Assembly: GCF_963921235.1 (NCBI RefSeq) | Contig: NC_086097.1 | Coordinates: 251,474,001-251,538,000 of the forward strand | Direction: 5' to 3' | From: Mobula hypostoma | Lineage: Eukaryota | Length of the DNA: 64,000 nt | In this document: piece by piece, positions 12,143 through 25,640 of the stretch | Numbering within the stretch: position 1 is the stretch's first letter | How the letters are laid out: the number at the start of each line of letters is the position of its first letter | Translations under genes and position numbers: made by a program | Notes under the pieces: model-generated | What the model was told of the DNA's origin: nothing | Seen by the model: only the letters and a program-made list of their open reading frames with translations | The model's database searches: none

Positions 12143-13075
12143 AACTGAAGGAAGAGTGAGTAAGGGATTTGAAAGCTGGAGGGGGAGGGGGAGATGCAAA
12201 ATGATAGGAGAAGACAGGAGGGGGAGGGATGGAGCCGAGAGCTGGACAGGTGATAGGCAGAAGGGGATACGAGAGGATCATGGGACAGGAGGCCCAGGGA
12301 GAAAGACGGGGGGGGGTGACCCAGAGGATGGGCAAGAGGTATATTCAGAGGGACAGAGGGAGAAAAAGGAGAGTGAGAGAAAGAATGTGCATTAAAAAGA
12401 GTAACAGATGGGGTACGAGGGGGAGGTGGGGCCTAGCGGAAGTTAGAGAAGTCAATGTTCATGCCATCAGGTTGGAAGCTACCCAGACGGAATATAAGGT
12501 GTTGTTCCTCCAACCTGAGTGTGGCTTCATCTTTACAGTAGAGGAGGCCGTGGATAGACATGTCAGAATGGGAATGGGATGTGGAATTAAAATGTGTGGC
12601 CACTGGGAGATCTCCATTTTAATTTTAATTCCACATCCCATTCCCATTCTGACATGTCTATCCACGGCCTCCTCTACTGTAAAGATGAAGCCACACTCAG
12701 GTTGGAGGAACAACACCTTATATTCCGTCTGGGTAGCCTCCAACCTGATGGCATGAACATTGACTTCTCTAACTTCCGCTAGGCCCCACCTCCCCCTCGT
12801 ACCCCATCTGTTACTCTTTTTAATGCACACATTCTTTCTCTCACTCTCCTTTTTCTCCCTCTGTCCCTCTGAATATACCTCTTGCCCATCCTCTGGGTCA
12901 CCCCCCCCCCGTCTTTCTTCCCGGACCTCCTGTCCCATGATCCTCTCGTATCCCCTTCTGCCTATCACCTGTCCAGCTCTCGGCTCCATCCCTCCCCCTC
13001 CTGTCTTCTCCTATCATTTTGCATCTCCCCCTCCCCCTCCAGCTTTCAAATCCCTTACTCACTTTTCCTTCAGTT

Positions 13076-13111
13076 AGTCCTGACGAAGGGTCTCGGCCTG
13101 AAACGTCGACT
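13076..13111 (+). ncRNA. Minimal hammerhead ribozyme motif (right arm)
   Basis: agtcCTGACGAagggtctcggcctGAAAcgtcgact, intact core. Confidence 0.8.
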
Positions 13112-13635
13112 GCGCCTCTTCCTATAGATGCTGCCTGGCCTGCTGCGTTCACCAGCAACTTTGATGTATGTTGCTTGAATTTCCAGCATCTGCAGAATTC
13201 CTGTTGTTTGAGAATATATCTGAACCTGAGGAGGTCCGATATCCTTACAGGCAGGTTGGATCTCATAGAAACATTCCGAATGTTAAAAGGCCTGAACAGG
13301 TTAGATACGGCAAAGTTACTTACCAAGTAGGACAAGAGGGCACGACTTCAGGATTGAAGGACGTCCATTTAGAACAGAGATGTGGAGAAATTACTTTAGT
13401 CGGGGGGGGGGTAAATCTATGGAATTTGTTGCCACGGGCAGCTGTAGAGGCCAAGTCATTGGGTGCATTTAAGGCAGAGATAGATAGGTTCTTGATTAGC
13501 CAGAGCATCAAAGGGTATGGAGAGAAGGCAGGGGAGTGGGGATGACTGGAAGAATTGGATCAGCTGATGATTGAATGGCGGAGCAGACTCGATGAGCTGA
13601 CTGGCCTACTTCTGCTCCTATATCTTATGGTCTTG

Positions 13636-14100
13636 TGTTCCATTCCCTTTGAAATAAATGCACTTTTTCAAATTGCATTTGAATTCTTTACCTCAGACTC
13701 AACCTGTAAATTAACCTGGGAGTCTTGTATGAGGACTCCTAAGTGTCTCTGCACCTCTGATGTTGGAACCTTCTCCCCATTTAGATAATAGTCCGCACTA
13801 TTTTTCCTTTTACCAGAAAGCATTATCATATATTTCCCAGCACTGTATTCCATCCGCCACACTTTTGCCCATTCTTCCAATTTGTCAAAGTTCTGTTGCA
13901 ATCACATTGCTTCCACAGCACTACCTGCCCCTCCACCTATCTTTGTATCCTCTGCAAACTTTGCCACAAAGCTATCAATTTCATTATCCAAATCATTGAC
14001 AAACAATATGAAAAGTAGCAGTCCCAATTCAGACCCCTGAGGAACACCACTAGTCACCGGCAGCCAACCAGAAAAAGCCCCCTTTATTCCCACTCACTGC
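13636..14100 (-). mobile_element. Inverted CR1 RT fragment
   Basis: [16 protein letters not shown]...VAKFAEDTKIGG on the minus strand. Confidence 0.8.
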
Positions 14101-15590
14101 CTCCTGAGAAGCAGGACCACATGGATAGTATTCTTGGGATTGCTGCCTGTGCCATGTGACAGTAAAGACATGCATAGAATGAGGTGGAGGATAAATGCGT
14201 GGCTGAAGAATTGGAGCGGGGGCAGGGCTCAGATTTCTGGATCATTGGGACCTCTTCTGGACCGGGTGTGACCTGTACAAAAGGGACGGGTTGCACGTGA
14301 ATCTGAGGGGGACCAATATCCTGGTGGGCAGGTTTACCAGAGCTGCTGGGAGTGGTTCAAACTAACATGGCAGGGGATGGGATCCAGTGTGATAGGGCAA
14401 GGAGGAGCCAGCTGGTTTACAAGTAGATCATGGGCGTAACATGAATGTAAGGAAGGGGAAGCCAATTAGTAGGTACAAATGCAGACAGAGAAAAAAGTTA
14501 AATTGTACCACAGAGGCAAAATTCAAAAGGGCAAAGAATGCAGGACTGAAAATGCTGTATTTAAATATGCGTAACATTTGGAATAAGGAGGATGAACTTG
14601 TGGCGCAATTGGAGATTGGTTGGTATGATATTGTGGGCATCACTGAGTCGTGGCTGAAAGAGGCCATAGTTGGGAGCTTAACATCAAAGGATATACTTTG
14701 TATCAAAAGGACAGGCAGGAAGGCATAGGCGATGGTGTGGCTCTGTTGGTAAGAGATGGAATTACATCTTTAGAAAGAGGTGACTTATGATCAGAGAATG
14801 CTGAAGCTTTGTGGGTGGAGTTAAGAAACTGCAAGAGTTATAAAACTAATATGGGAATCATATATTGCCTACAAATGGTAGCCAAGATGTGAGGTTGAGA
14901 TTGCAAAAGGAGCTGGAAAAATCATGTAACAAAGGTAATGACAGAATTGTACTGGGGGAGTTCAACATGCAAGGAGATTGGGAAAATCAGGTTGGTGTTG
15001 GATCACAAGAGAGGGAATTTGCTGAATGCCTACTAGGTGGCTTTTTAGATCAGCTTGTGCTTGAGCCTTCTTGGGGAAAGGCTATCGTAGACTGGGTGCT
15101 ATGTAATAACCCAGATCTTATTAGGGAGCTTAATGTAAAGGAACCCTTAGGAGACAGTGATCATAATATGCTTGAATTCATTCTGCATTTTGAGAGAGAG
15201 GAGCATATGTCACATGTATCAGTGTCACAATGGAATAAAGGGAATTACAGAGGCATGAGAGAGGAGCTTGCCCAGGTGGACTGGAGGAGAATACTGGCAA
15301 GGTTGTTGGTAGAGGAGAGATGGCTGAAGTTTCTGGGAGTAGTTCATAAGGCGCAGGATAGACATGTCCCACAGAAGAATAATTTCTCAATGGCAGGGGA
15401 AGGCACCTGTGGCTGACAAAGGACCGCATAAAAGCCAAGGAAAGGACATATAAGGTAACAAAAGTGAGTGGGAAGTTGGATGATTGGGAAGCTTTTAATA
15501 TCCAGCAGGATACTATAAGTTTTTTTTCAGTTATATAAAATGATAAAATCTTGTAGCATTACAGGAAAGATACAGGTATGGATAGAGGAA

Positions 15591-16600
15591 TAGTCATAGT
15601 CATAGTCATACTTTATTGATCCCAGGGGAAATTGGTTTTCGTTACAGTTGCACCATAAATAATAAATAGTAATAGAACCATAAATAGTTAAATAGTAATA
15701 TGTAAATTATGCCAGTAAATTATGAAATAAGTCCAGGACCAGCCTATTGGCTCAGGGTGTCTGACCCTCCAAGGGAGGAGTTGTAAAGTTTGATGGCCAC
15801 AGGCAGGAATGACTTCCTATGACGCTCTGTGCTGCATCTCGGTGGAATGAGTCTCTGGCTGAATGTACTCCTGTGCCCACCCAGTACATTATGTAGTGGA
15901 TGGGAGACATTGATCAAGATGGCATGCAACTTAGACAGCATCCTCTTTTCAGATACCACCGTCAGAGAGTCCAGTTCCATCCCTACAACATCACTGGCCT
16001 TACGAATGAGTTTGTTGATTCTGTTGGTGTCTGTTACCCTCAGCCTGCTGCCCCAGCACACAACAGCAAACATGATAGCACTGGCCACCACAAACTCGTA
16101 GAACATCCTCAGCATCGTCCAGCAGATGTTAAAGGACCTCACTCTCCTCAGGAAATAGAGACGACTCTGCCCCTTCTTGTAGACAGCCTCAGTGTTCTTT
16201 GACCAGTCCAGTTCATTGTCAATTTGTATCCCCAGGTATTTGTAATCCTCCACCATGCCCACCTGGATGGAAACAGGCGTCACCGGTACCTTAGCTCTCC
16301 TCAGGTCTACCACCAGCTCCTTAGTCTTTTTCACATTAAGCTGCAGATAATTCTGCTCACACCATGTGACAAAGTTTCCTACCGTAGCCCTGTACTCAGC
16401 CTCATCTCCCTTGCTGATGCATCCAACTATGGCAGAGTCATCCGAAAACTTCTGAAGGTGACAAGACTCTGTGCAGTAGTTGAAGTCTGAGGTGTAAATG
16501 GTGAAGAGAAAGGGAGACAAGACAGTACCCTGTGGAGCCCCAGTGCTGCTGATCACTCTGTTGGACACACAGTGTTGCAAGCACACGTACTGTGGTCTGA
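15591..16600 (-). mobile_element. Young Rex1/Babar LINE, 5'-truncated; 280-aa open RT fragment
   Basis: STGAPQGTVLSPFLFTIYTSD...QKFSDDSAIVG; (tatgac)n tail; splits a CR1. Confidence 0.93.
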
Positions 16601-19460
16601 CAGGCAGAAGTCAGTAAGTGGGAATAAAGGGGGCCTTTTCTGGTTGGCTGCCAGTGACTAGTGGTTTTCCTCAGGGATCAGTATTGCGACTGCTACTTTT
16701 CAATTTGCTTGTCAGTGATTTGGATAATGGAATTGATGGCTTTGTGGCACAGCTTGTGGATGATACAAAGATAGGTGGAGGGGTAGGTAGTGCTGAGGAA
16801 GCAATGTGATTGCAGCAGGACCTAACAAATTGGATGAATGGGCAAAAAGGTAGCAGATAGAATGCAATGTTGGGAAATGTATGATAATGTATTTTGGTAA
16901 AAGGGACAATGGTGCAGACTATTATCTAAATCAGGAGAAGGTTCAAACATCAGAGGTGCTGAGGGACTTAGGAGTCCTCAAGCAAGACTCCCAGAAGATT
17001 AATTTACAGGTTGAGTCTGTGGTAAAAAAGGCAAAGGCAATGTTGGGATTTATTTCAAATGGAATAGAATATAAAAGCAAGGAGATAATGCTGAGGCTTT
17101 ATAAGTCAGGCTGCACTTGCAGTATTGTCAACAGTTTAGGGCCCATATCTCAGAAAGAATGTGTTGTCATTGGAGAGGCTCCAGAGGAGGCTCATGAGGA
17201 TGATTCCGGGAACAAAGGGGTTAGCATATGAGGGGCTTTTGACAGCTTTAGGCTGTATTCACTGGATTAGGGGCCGGTCAGTCTGACCTCAGTGGATGGG
17301 AAAATGTTGGAGTCAATTGTTAAGGCTGTGGTTTTGGTGTACTTGGAGGCACATGATAAAACATTCAGCATGGTTTCCTCAAGGGAAAAACTTTCCTGGT
17401 AAATCTGCTGGAATCCTTTGAAGAAATAACGAGCAGGATAGACAAAGGAGAATCAGTTGATGTTGATTACTTGGGATTTTCAGAAGGCCTTTGACAAGGT
17501 GCCATATATGAGGCCACTTAACAAGTTAAGTGCCCATGGTATTACAGGAAAGATTCTAGCATGGATAAAGCAGTGGCTGATCGGCAGGAGGCAAAGAGTG
17601 GGAATAGAGGGTACCTTTTCTGAATGGGTACCAGTGACAAGTGGTGTTCCTCAGGGGTCAGTGTTGGGACCATATCTTTTTACATTATATGTCAATGATT
17701 TGGATGATGGAATTGATGGCTTTGTTGCAAAGTTTGCAGACGATATGAAGATAAGTAGAGGGTAGTAAGTAGTAGGTAGTTTTGAGGAAGTAGAGAGGCT
17801 ACTTAGACTGATTAGGAGAATGGGCAAAGAAGTGACAGATGGAATACAGTACAGTGTTGGGAATTGTATGGTCATGCACTTTGGTCGAAGAATTAAAAGG
17901 GTAGACTATTTCTAAATGGAGAGAAAACCCAAAAATATGAGGCACAGATGGACTTGGGAGACCCTGTGCAGGATTCTCTAAAGGTTAATTTGCAGGTTGA
18001 GTCTGTGGTGAGGAAGGCAAATGCAATGTTAGCATTCATTTCGAGAGGACTAGAATATAAAAGCAAGGATGTAATGTCAAGACTTCATAAAGCACTGGTG
18101 AGGCCTTGCATGGAGAACTGTGAGCAATTTTGGCCCTTTATCTTTGAAAGGATGTGCTGACACTTGAGAGGGTTCAAAAGAGGTTCACAAAAGTTACTCC
18201 AGCTTTGTATATGATGAGCTCTTGATGGCACTGTATTCACTGGAATTCAGAAGAATGAGGGGTGACCTCATTGAAACCTATCGCCCGGTGAAAGGCCTTT
18301 ACAGAGTGGATGTTTCCTGCGGTGGAGAGTCTAAGACCAGTGGACACAGCCTCAGAACAGAGATAAGGAGGGATTTCTTTAGCTAGAGAGTGATGAATCT
18401 GTGGAATTCATTGCCACAGGTGGGAGTGGAGGACAAGTCTTTATGTATATTTAAGGCAGAGGTTGATAGATTTTTGATTGGTCAGGGCATGAAGGGATAC
18501 GGAAAGGAGAAGGGAGATCAGGGCTGAGAGGAAAAATGGATCAGCCATGGTGAAATGGGGGAACACACTCGATGGGCCTAATGGCCTAATTCTGTTCTTA
18601 TATCTTATGGTCTTACGGTCTACAACTGTTACGGAAACAGCAATGAAGAATTCTCCTACATCTGAGTGTGATGGTATTCCTGAGGGTCCGCCCAGGACTC
18701 GGATGGCTGACGGCAGAGAAAACCAAGAGGAAGTTACAGGCACAATGGAGGAAGCTGTAAACATTGCCAGAGATGGAGGACCTTCATTGCTCTCCTAAAC
18801 GCCAGTGGCATAACGGGCAGTAAGTATGCAAATTTACGGTCAAGAGTCTCTGATAGGGCAATTGTTAGCCAGATTAACTTTACTGTGGTTTTACTGACCA
18901 GAAGACATTTGGGCAATTTTTCACATTGTCAAGTACATGAAGTGATATACAGAGATTTGCGTTATTTATGGCATCTTCCCCCTTCCTTTCCTGTCCTGAA
19001 GAAGGGTCTTGGCCCAAAGGTTGCCCGTTTACTGTTCTCCGTTGAGCTGCCAGACTTGCTAAGTTCCTCCACCTGTTGGTGTGTGTGGTTTTATTTGTCA
19101 CACTTTCATCGAGGCACACAGTGAGATGACCAGCAGAGTCTGAGGATGTGCTGGGGCAGACCGCAAGTACTGCTATGAGCTGTGTGAGGTCATTCTTACT
19201 CTCGGCCATTAGGCTCTATAATAACACAATCTGTAGCCGGGGAAGTGATGATCCCCTCCTGTTGGACTGCTTGAGGTAACATTTTTTATTCTTTCTTACT
19301 TCCCTTCTAATATTTGTATATCTGAGCACTTGCAATGCTGCTGTGACAAAGTAATATCCTTTGGGATTAATAAAGTATCTATCTATCTGTCCATCTTCTG
19401 GCACCAACGTCGCATGCCCACAGCCGACAATGTAGGAGGAAACCAGAGCATCTAGGAGCA

Positions 19461-20009
19461 CTGTGGACAATTCTGATTTGATGGAGAATGGACGTGAAAG
19501 CACAGAGGAACATCTGGAGAAATTTCTGAAACACTTGTTCGCTGCTGTTGTTACTGTGTGGTCGGGAATCTTTCGGAGGGTAGGCCTCAAAATCCCCGGC
19601 CTTGCCTGCTTTTGGCGACCAAGAAGGAGGTTGAATCGTTCGGACAAAGATGCCACTCAGTACTCGGTGTCGGAGAGCTGATCAAAGTTCGAAGTTTTCA
19701 GATGACTCAGAGTCAGATTGTGGTCGGCATAGCAGGGAGAGTTTTTCTTCCTTCTCCCATCTGCGTGAGATGTGGGACATTTGAGAAACTTTGAACTTTA
19801 CTGTGCTCATGGACTTCTTCATCAAGTTATGGTGTTGTACACTTTTGTAACTATATGTTATAATTATGTGGTTTTGTCAGTTTTTTCAGTCTTGGTCTGT
19901 CCTGTGTTTTGTGATATCACACCGGAGGAAATAACGTATCATTTCTTAATGCATGCATTACTAAATGACAATAAAAGAGGACTACGTGTCTTCATAATCC
20001 TAATCCTAA
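19461..20009 (+). mobile_element. YY1-head retroposon copy B (5'-truncated), inserted in a V-SINE
   Basis: Colinear with 11335-11930; (aatcct)n tail. Confidence 0.8.
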
Positions 20010-20284
20010 CCTCACAAGGTCACGGGGAGAACATACAAACTCCTGACAGACAGTGGTGTGAATTGAACCCAGGTGAATGTTACACTAACTACTACACCAC
20101 TGCCGTGCCACTATAGAGGACAGTGTTGTAACTGTATGGATCAGTTTGCCTTGAATCAGTTCCAGTTCTGGATGGATTTTCAACTTGGATCCCACAGCTC
20201 TTACTGTGCTATCAGCAATTTCTTCATTTCATGGTTTGGGCACTAAAACATACAACATCGAACACAGAGCATTATATCATTGAT

Positions 20285-20655
20285 GGGCCGATCTAAGAGT
20301 TTCTTAAATGTCCCGAATGTATCTGCGTCTGCCACCATCCCTGACAGGGCGTTCCACACACCCACCACTCTCTATGTAAAAAAAAAGCTTACTTCTGACA
20401 TCCCCCTATAATTTCCTCCAATCACTTTAAAATTATGCCACTTGGCATTAGCCATTTCCACCCGGGAAAAAGTCTCCAGCTGCCCATTTGATCTATGCCT
20501 CATATCATCTTGTACACCTCTATCAGACCATCCTCTTTTGTTCTCAAGAGAAAAGCCCTAGCTCGCTAACCTATCCTCATAAAATATGCTCTCTAATCCA
20601 GGCAGCATCCTGGTAAATCTCCTCTTCACCCTCTCTAAAACTTTCACATCTTTTC
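20285..20655 (-). mobile_element. CR1 3' fragment
   Basis: KDVKVLERVKRRFTRMLPGLE on the minus strand. Confidence 0.75.
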
Positions 20656-20716
20656 TAAAAGACCGTAAGACCATAAGACGTAGGAGCATTAGGAGCATCC
20701 TGATAACCCCAGTACT

Positions 20717-20849
20717 GGAATGCACCATAGCAATGCACTGCAGGAATAAACAAAAGAACTGCACTGTGGGACTGCAGTATAGGACTACACGATAGGACTG
20801 CACTATGTGACTGCACAAATCGAATGCAGTATAAGACTGGACTATAGGA
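20717..20849. repeat. Decayed 13-bp minisatellite (ggactgcactata), left part
   Basis: Units ggactgcagtata, ggactacacgata, ggactgcactatg; the array continues at 23022-23224. Confidence 0.75.
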
Positions 20850-22622
20850 GTGAAGAGCAAGAGGATGAGCCGTGTGAGAATAGGACCAATCAGGGGTGAG
20901 AGTGGAAACGTGTGCACGGAGTCAGAGGAGGTAGCGGAGGTACTTAATGAATACTTTGCTTCAGTATTCAACAGGGAAAAGGACTTCGGTAATTACGGGG
21001 ATAACTTACAGCGGACTGAAATGCTTGAGTGTGTAGACATTAAGAAAGAGGGTGTGCTGGAGCTTTTGAAAAGTATTAAGTTAGATAGGTTGCCGGGACC
21101 AGACAAGATATAACTTAGGCTACTGTGGGAAGTGAGGGAGGAGATTGCTGAGCCTCTGGCAATGATCTCTGCATCATCAATGGGGATGAGAGAAGTACTG
21201 GAGAATTGGAGGATAGCAAATGTTGTTCCCTTGTTGAATAAAGTGAGTAGAGATAACCCCGGAAATTATAGACCAGTGAGTCTTACTCTAATGGTGGACA
21301 AATTGTTGGAGAAGATCTTGAGAGGCAGGATTTATGAGTGTTTGGAGAGACATAATCTGTTTAGGGATAGTCAGCATGCCTTTGTCAAGGGCAGGCCATG
21401 CCTTACGAGCCTGAATAATTCTTTGAGGATGTAACAAAACACATTGATGAGATAGATTAGTGGGTATAGTGTCTATGAATAAGGTTCCCCGTGCAAGGCT
21501 CATTCAGAAAATAAACAGGTGTGAGATCATAGGAGACCTTGCTATATGGATCCAGAACTGGCTTGCCCACAGAAGGCAAAGTGTGGTTGTAGACAGGTCT
21601 TATTCTGCATGGAGGTCGGTGACCAGTGGTGCGCCTCAGGGATCTGTTCTGGGACCCACACTGTTCGTGATTTTTATAAATGATCTGGATGAGGAAGTGG
21701 AGGGATGGGTTAGTAAATTTGCAGCACAGAGGTTGGAAGTGTTGTGGATAATGTGGAGGGTTGTCAGAGGTTACAGCGGGACATTGATAGGATGCAAAAC
21801 TGGGCTGAGAAGTGGCAGGTGGAGTTCAACCCAGATAAGTGTGAGGTGGTTCCTTTTGGTAGGTCAAATTTCAAGGCAGAACGTAATATTGATGGTAAGA
21901 CTCTTGGCAGTGTGGAGGATCAGAGGGTTCTTGGGGTCTGTGTCCATAGTACACTCAAAGCAGCTGCACAGGTTGACAGTTTTATTAAGAAGGCATATGG
22001 TGTGTTGGCCTTCATCAACCATGGGATTGAGTTCAAGAGCCGTGAGGTAATGTTACAGCTGTACAAGACCTTGGTCAGACCCCACTTGGAGTACTGTGTT
22101 CAGTTCTGGTCACCTCACTACAGGAAGGATGTGGATACTATAGAGAGAGTGCAGAGATTTACAAGGATGTTGCCTGGATTGGAGGATGTGTCTTATGAGA
22201 ATAGGTTGAGTGAACTTGGCCTTTTCTTCTTGGAGTGACGGAGGATGAGAGGTGACCTGATAGAGGTGTATAAGATGATGAGGGGCATTGATCATGTGGA
22301 TAGTCAGTGGCTTTTTCCCAGGGCTGAAATGGCTAACACGAGGGGGCATAGTTTTAAGGTGCTTGGAAATAGGTACCGAGGGGATGTCACGGGTAAGTTT
22401 TTCACACAGAGAGTGGTGAGAGCATGATATGCACTGCCGGTAGCGGTGGTAGAAGTGGATACCATAGGGTCTTTTAAGAGCCACTTGGATAGGTACATGG
22501 AGCTTAGAAAAATGGAGGGCTATGCGGTAGGGAAATTCTAGGTAGTTTCTAGAGAAGGTCACATGGTTGGCACAACATTGTGGGTCGAAGGGCCTGTAAT
22601 GTGCTGCAGTTTTCTATGTTCT
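20850..22622 (+). mobile_element. CR1 LINE, 5'-truncated ORF2
   Basis: [46 protein letters not shown]; ttctatgttct tail. Confidence 0.92.
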
Positions 22623-22624
22623 GT

Positions 22625-23021
22625 GAGACTCCACTTGTGTGGTCCTGTGATCCCGAGAGCAATGCCATCTGGAGCTATGCTCCTGGTAGGGTCACCCATG
22701 GCGGTAAGGTCGAGGGTGAGGTCCCTGACAAAGAACAATCCAACCAAGACCTCAATGGTGGAACAGGCGGATGAAGTTACTTCGAACTCAACGGCTGTGA
22801 AGGTGGATGAAAGCTGCAACAAATCCATCAGCTCCAATCGTCGTGGTTTCCATGCCATTGGAATCAGTTGGTTGATTTGTGAAGTATCGTGTGCTTCTTG
22901 GAGTGAAACATCAAGTACACGTTAAACAAATACACGCACAGGCGTCTTCACTCTGTGGGCCACTTCTTCAGAACGAAGACCATCATCCTTGACCTCGAGG
23001 GATAGCCATGACGACGACGAC
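22625..23021 (+). mobile_element. Bipartite RTE-derived non-autonomous element
   Basis: The 3' ~50 bp (cagaacgaagaccatcatccttgacctcgagggatagcca(gac)n) match the RTE LINE end at 25285-25332; RTE-5'UTR-like head. Confidence 0.75.
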
Positions 23022-23224
23022 TAATGGAATCGACTGTAGGGCTGCACATTAGGACTGCTCTATAGGACTGCACTATGGGAATGCACTCTAGAAGAGCATT
23101 ATCGGAATGCACCAACAGAATACACTATAAGAAATGCACATTAGGACTGCACTATTGGATTACACTATGTAATTGCACTCCAGGAATGCACTATGGGACT
23201 GCACTAATGGGATGCACTATAGGA
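23022..23224. repeat. Decayed 13-bp minisatellite, right part
   Basis: ggactgcactatg, ggaatgcactcta and similar units. Confidence 0.75.
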
Positions 23225-23574
23225 AGGAAGTGATTAAACTGGAAAGGGTGTAGGTAACATCCAGAAGAACATTGTCTGGATTGATGGGCTTGGATGTTTG
23301 AGGATAAATTGGACAGGGGAAGTCTGTTTTCCTAGCAGCAGAGGAGGCTTAGAATGCTCAGCATTGAGTTGATGGTAAGAAATGCAATGTTAGCATTCAT
23401 TTTGAAAAGGCTCAAAAAAAGGTTCATTCCCCCAGCAGTACAACTGACCAACACCTCCACCCACTAACCCACCTCCCCACACCTGCATTAGAGACAGAGT
23501 AGCAAATATTTTATTCTCCTCTACACTTGAGTACTGGAAAGGACATTAAACAATCTTGAATCTCCAATAAAATC

Positions 23575-24155
23575 AAGAATGCAATGCTGTGGCTTTATAA
23601 GGCAATGGTCAGGCCACACTTGGAATATTGTGAGCAGTTTGCGGCCCTTATCTAAGAACGGATATGCTGGCATTGGAGAGGGTCCAGAGAAGGTTCACGA
23701 GAGTGATTCCAGGAATGAATGTGTTAATGTATGAGAAGCACTTGATGGCTTTGGGCCTATACTCACTGGAATTCAGAAAAATGTGGGGGGATCTCATTGA
23801 AACCTATTGAATACCAAAAGACCTAGATAGAGTGGGTGTGGGGAGAATATTTCCTATAATGGGGACTCTAGGACCAGAGGGCACAGCTTCAAAATGGAGG
23901 GACATCCATTTAGAACAGAGATGAGGAGGAATTTCTTTAGCCAGAGGGTGGTGAATCTGTGGAATTCATTGCCATGGACAACTGTGGAGGCCAAGTGATT
24001 GGGTATATTTAATGGGGAGGTTGATAGGTTTTTGATTAGTCAGGGTATCAAAGATTACAGGGAGAAGAAAGGAGACTGGGGTTGAGAGGGATAATAAATA
24101 ACTGGAATCTGAATGAACCAAATGGCCTAAATCTCCTCCTGTGTTTTATGGTCTT
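23575..24155 (+). mobile_element. CR1 3' fragment
   Basis: RPHLEYCEQF and FFSQRVVNLWNSLP remnants. Confidence 0.8.
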
Positions 24156-24605
24156 ACATGGAGGAGAATTGAATCACTCTCTGAGGGAGCATGATAGCTG
24201 GTAATTGTGAGGATGCTTCCTTCTCCATGTTTGACTCTTTGCAACAAAACTCTGTGACCTTTAAAGTTAATGTTGAGGGGCTCCCAGAACTTTTCCCTCC
24301 TGTGATGCACTGGTACCTCTGACAGGACAAGGTACAGCCAGGGATTGTGATGGTGGAGCCTGGCCCATAGCTTGCTTTATTATCACCGAGTGGCCACTTT
24401 ATTAGGTACACCCGTACACCTGCTTGATAACGCAGATATCTAATCAGCCAATCATGTGGCACCAACAAGAGTTCAGTTGTTGTTCAGAACAGACATCAGA
24501 ATGGGGGTGAAACGTGATTTATTATTTAGAGATACAGGCCCTTCTGGCCCACTGGGACACACCACCCAGAAACCCACCTGCTTAACCTGAGTCTAATCAC
24601 ACAGT

Positions 24606-25332
24606 TTTGGAACAGCTTTTGGACATCACCGGACAAGAGTCTTTCATGATTGTGACATTCGAACAGACACCAAAGTGTTAGTGTACAAAGCAGTGGTAAT
24701 CCCAATGCTCCTGCATGCATCAGAAACTTGGACAACATACCGACGACATCTGAAGGCACTTGAAAAGTTCCATCAATGCTGTCTTCGAAACACCTTAAAT
24801 ATCAGCTGGAAAGATAGAAGAACCAACGTCAGCATGCTAAATGAAGCAAAATCAACAAGCATTGAAGCCTACGTCATCAAGAACCAACTAAGATGGAGCG
24901 GTCATGTTGTTCGGATGAAAGACGAACGTCTGCCGAAACAAATCTTCCACTCCCAGCTTAAAGAAGGCAAACGTAAAAGAGGCGGACAACAGAAGAGATT
25001 CAAAGACGTCTTAAAAGCCAACATGAAGACATGTAACATCGACATCAACAATTGGGAAATCAATGCCAAGGACAGGAAACTCTGGCAAGCCATCATCCGA
25101 GAAGGAACAGCAACTTTCGAAGCCAACAGATGTGCAGAATTAGAAGAAAACAGAAGAAAATGGAAAGGAGGCAGCAACAACCAAAGTCCGATCTGCCATC
25201 TGGAACTACTTGTCCTGAATGCGGAAGAACTTTCAAAGCCAAGATCGGACTCATAATCCACTTGAGAGCCCATAAGTAGATCAACAGAACGAAGACCATT
25301 ATCCTTGACCTCAATGGATAGCCACGACAACG
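24606..25332 (+). mobile_element. RTE-clade LINE 3' fragment
   Basis: YKAVVIPMLLHASETWT...QLRWSGHVVRMKDERLPKQIF...GGQQKRFKD. 11-bp TSD aatcacacagt at 24595-24605 and 25333-25343. Confidence 0.92.
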
Positions 25333-25640
25333 AATCACACAGTAACATTCGCAGTGACTAATTAACCTATTAACTGGAAGGTCTTTGGACTGTTAGAGGA
25401 AACGAGAGCATCCGGAGGAAAACTGCATGCTCACAGGAGGATGTACAAAATCATAATTGAACTCCGAACTTTGGTGCCCCTCTAAGATTTCCACACACAA
25501 CAGTCTCTGGAGTTTACAGAAAATGTTGTGAAAAACAAAAAAAAATCCAGAGAGCAGGGTGAAAAACGCCTTGCTAATGAGAGGTCAGAGGAGGAGAATG
25601 GCCAGACTGGTTCAAAGTAACAGGAAAGTGACAGTAACTC

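Larger units (their letters stand above)
12044..13210 (+). mobile_element. Penelope-like insertion with ~550-bp inverted arms
   Basis: Arms 12044-12593 and 12622-13174. Encodes the GIY-YIG C-terminus HFNSTSHSHSDMSIHGL...EEQHLIFRLGSLQPDGMNIDF. 13-bp TSD agaatatatctga at 12031-12043 and 13211-13223. Confidence 0.93.
10070..18617 (+). mobile_element. Degenerate, interrupted CR1 LINE mosaic (5'UTR, ORF1 zinc finger/leucine zipper/esterase, endonuclease, RT)
   Basis: ORF1 MGPGAVFCTLCGMWEV...CIICTELQVL (10379); endonuclease YDIVGITESWL and [37 protein letters not shown] and KFADDMK. Hosts many later insertions. Confidence 0.85.
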
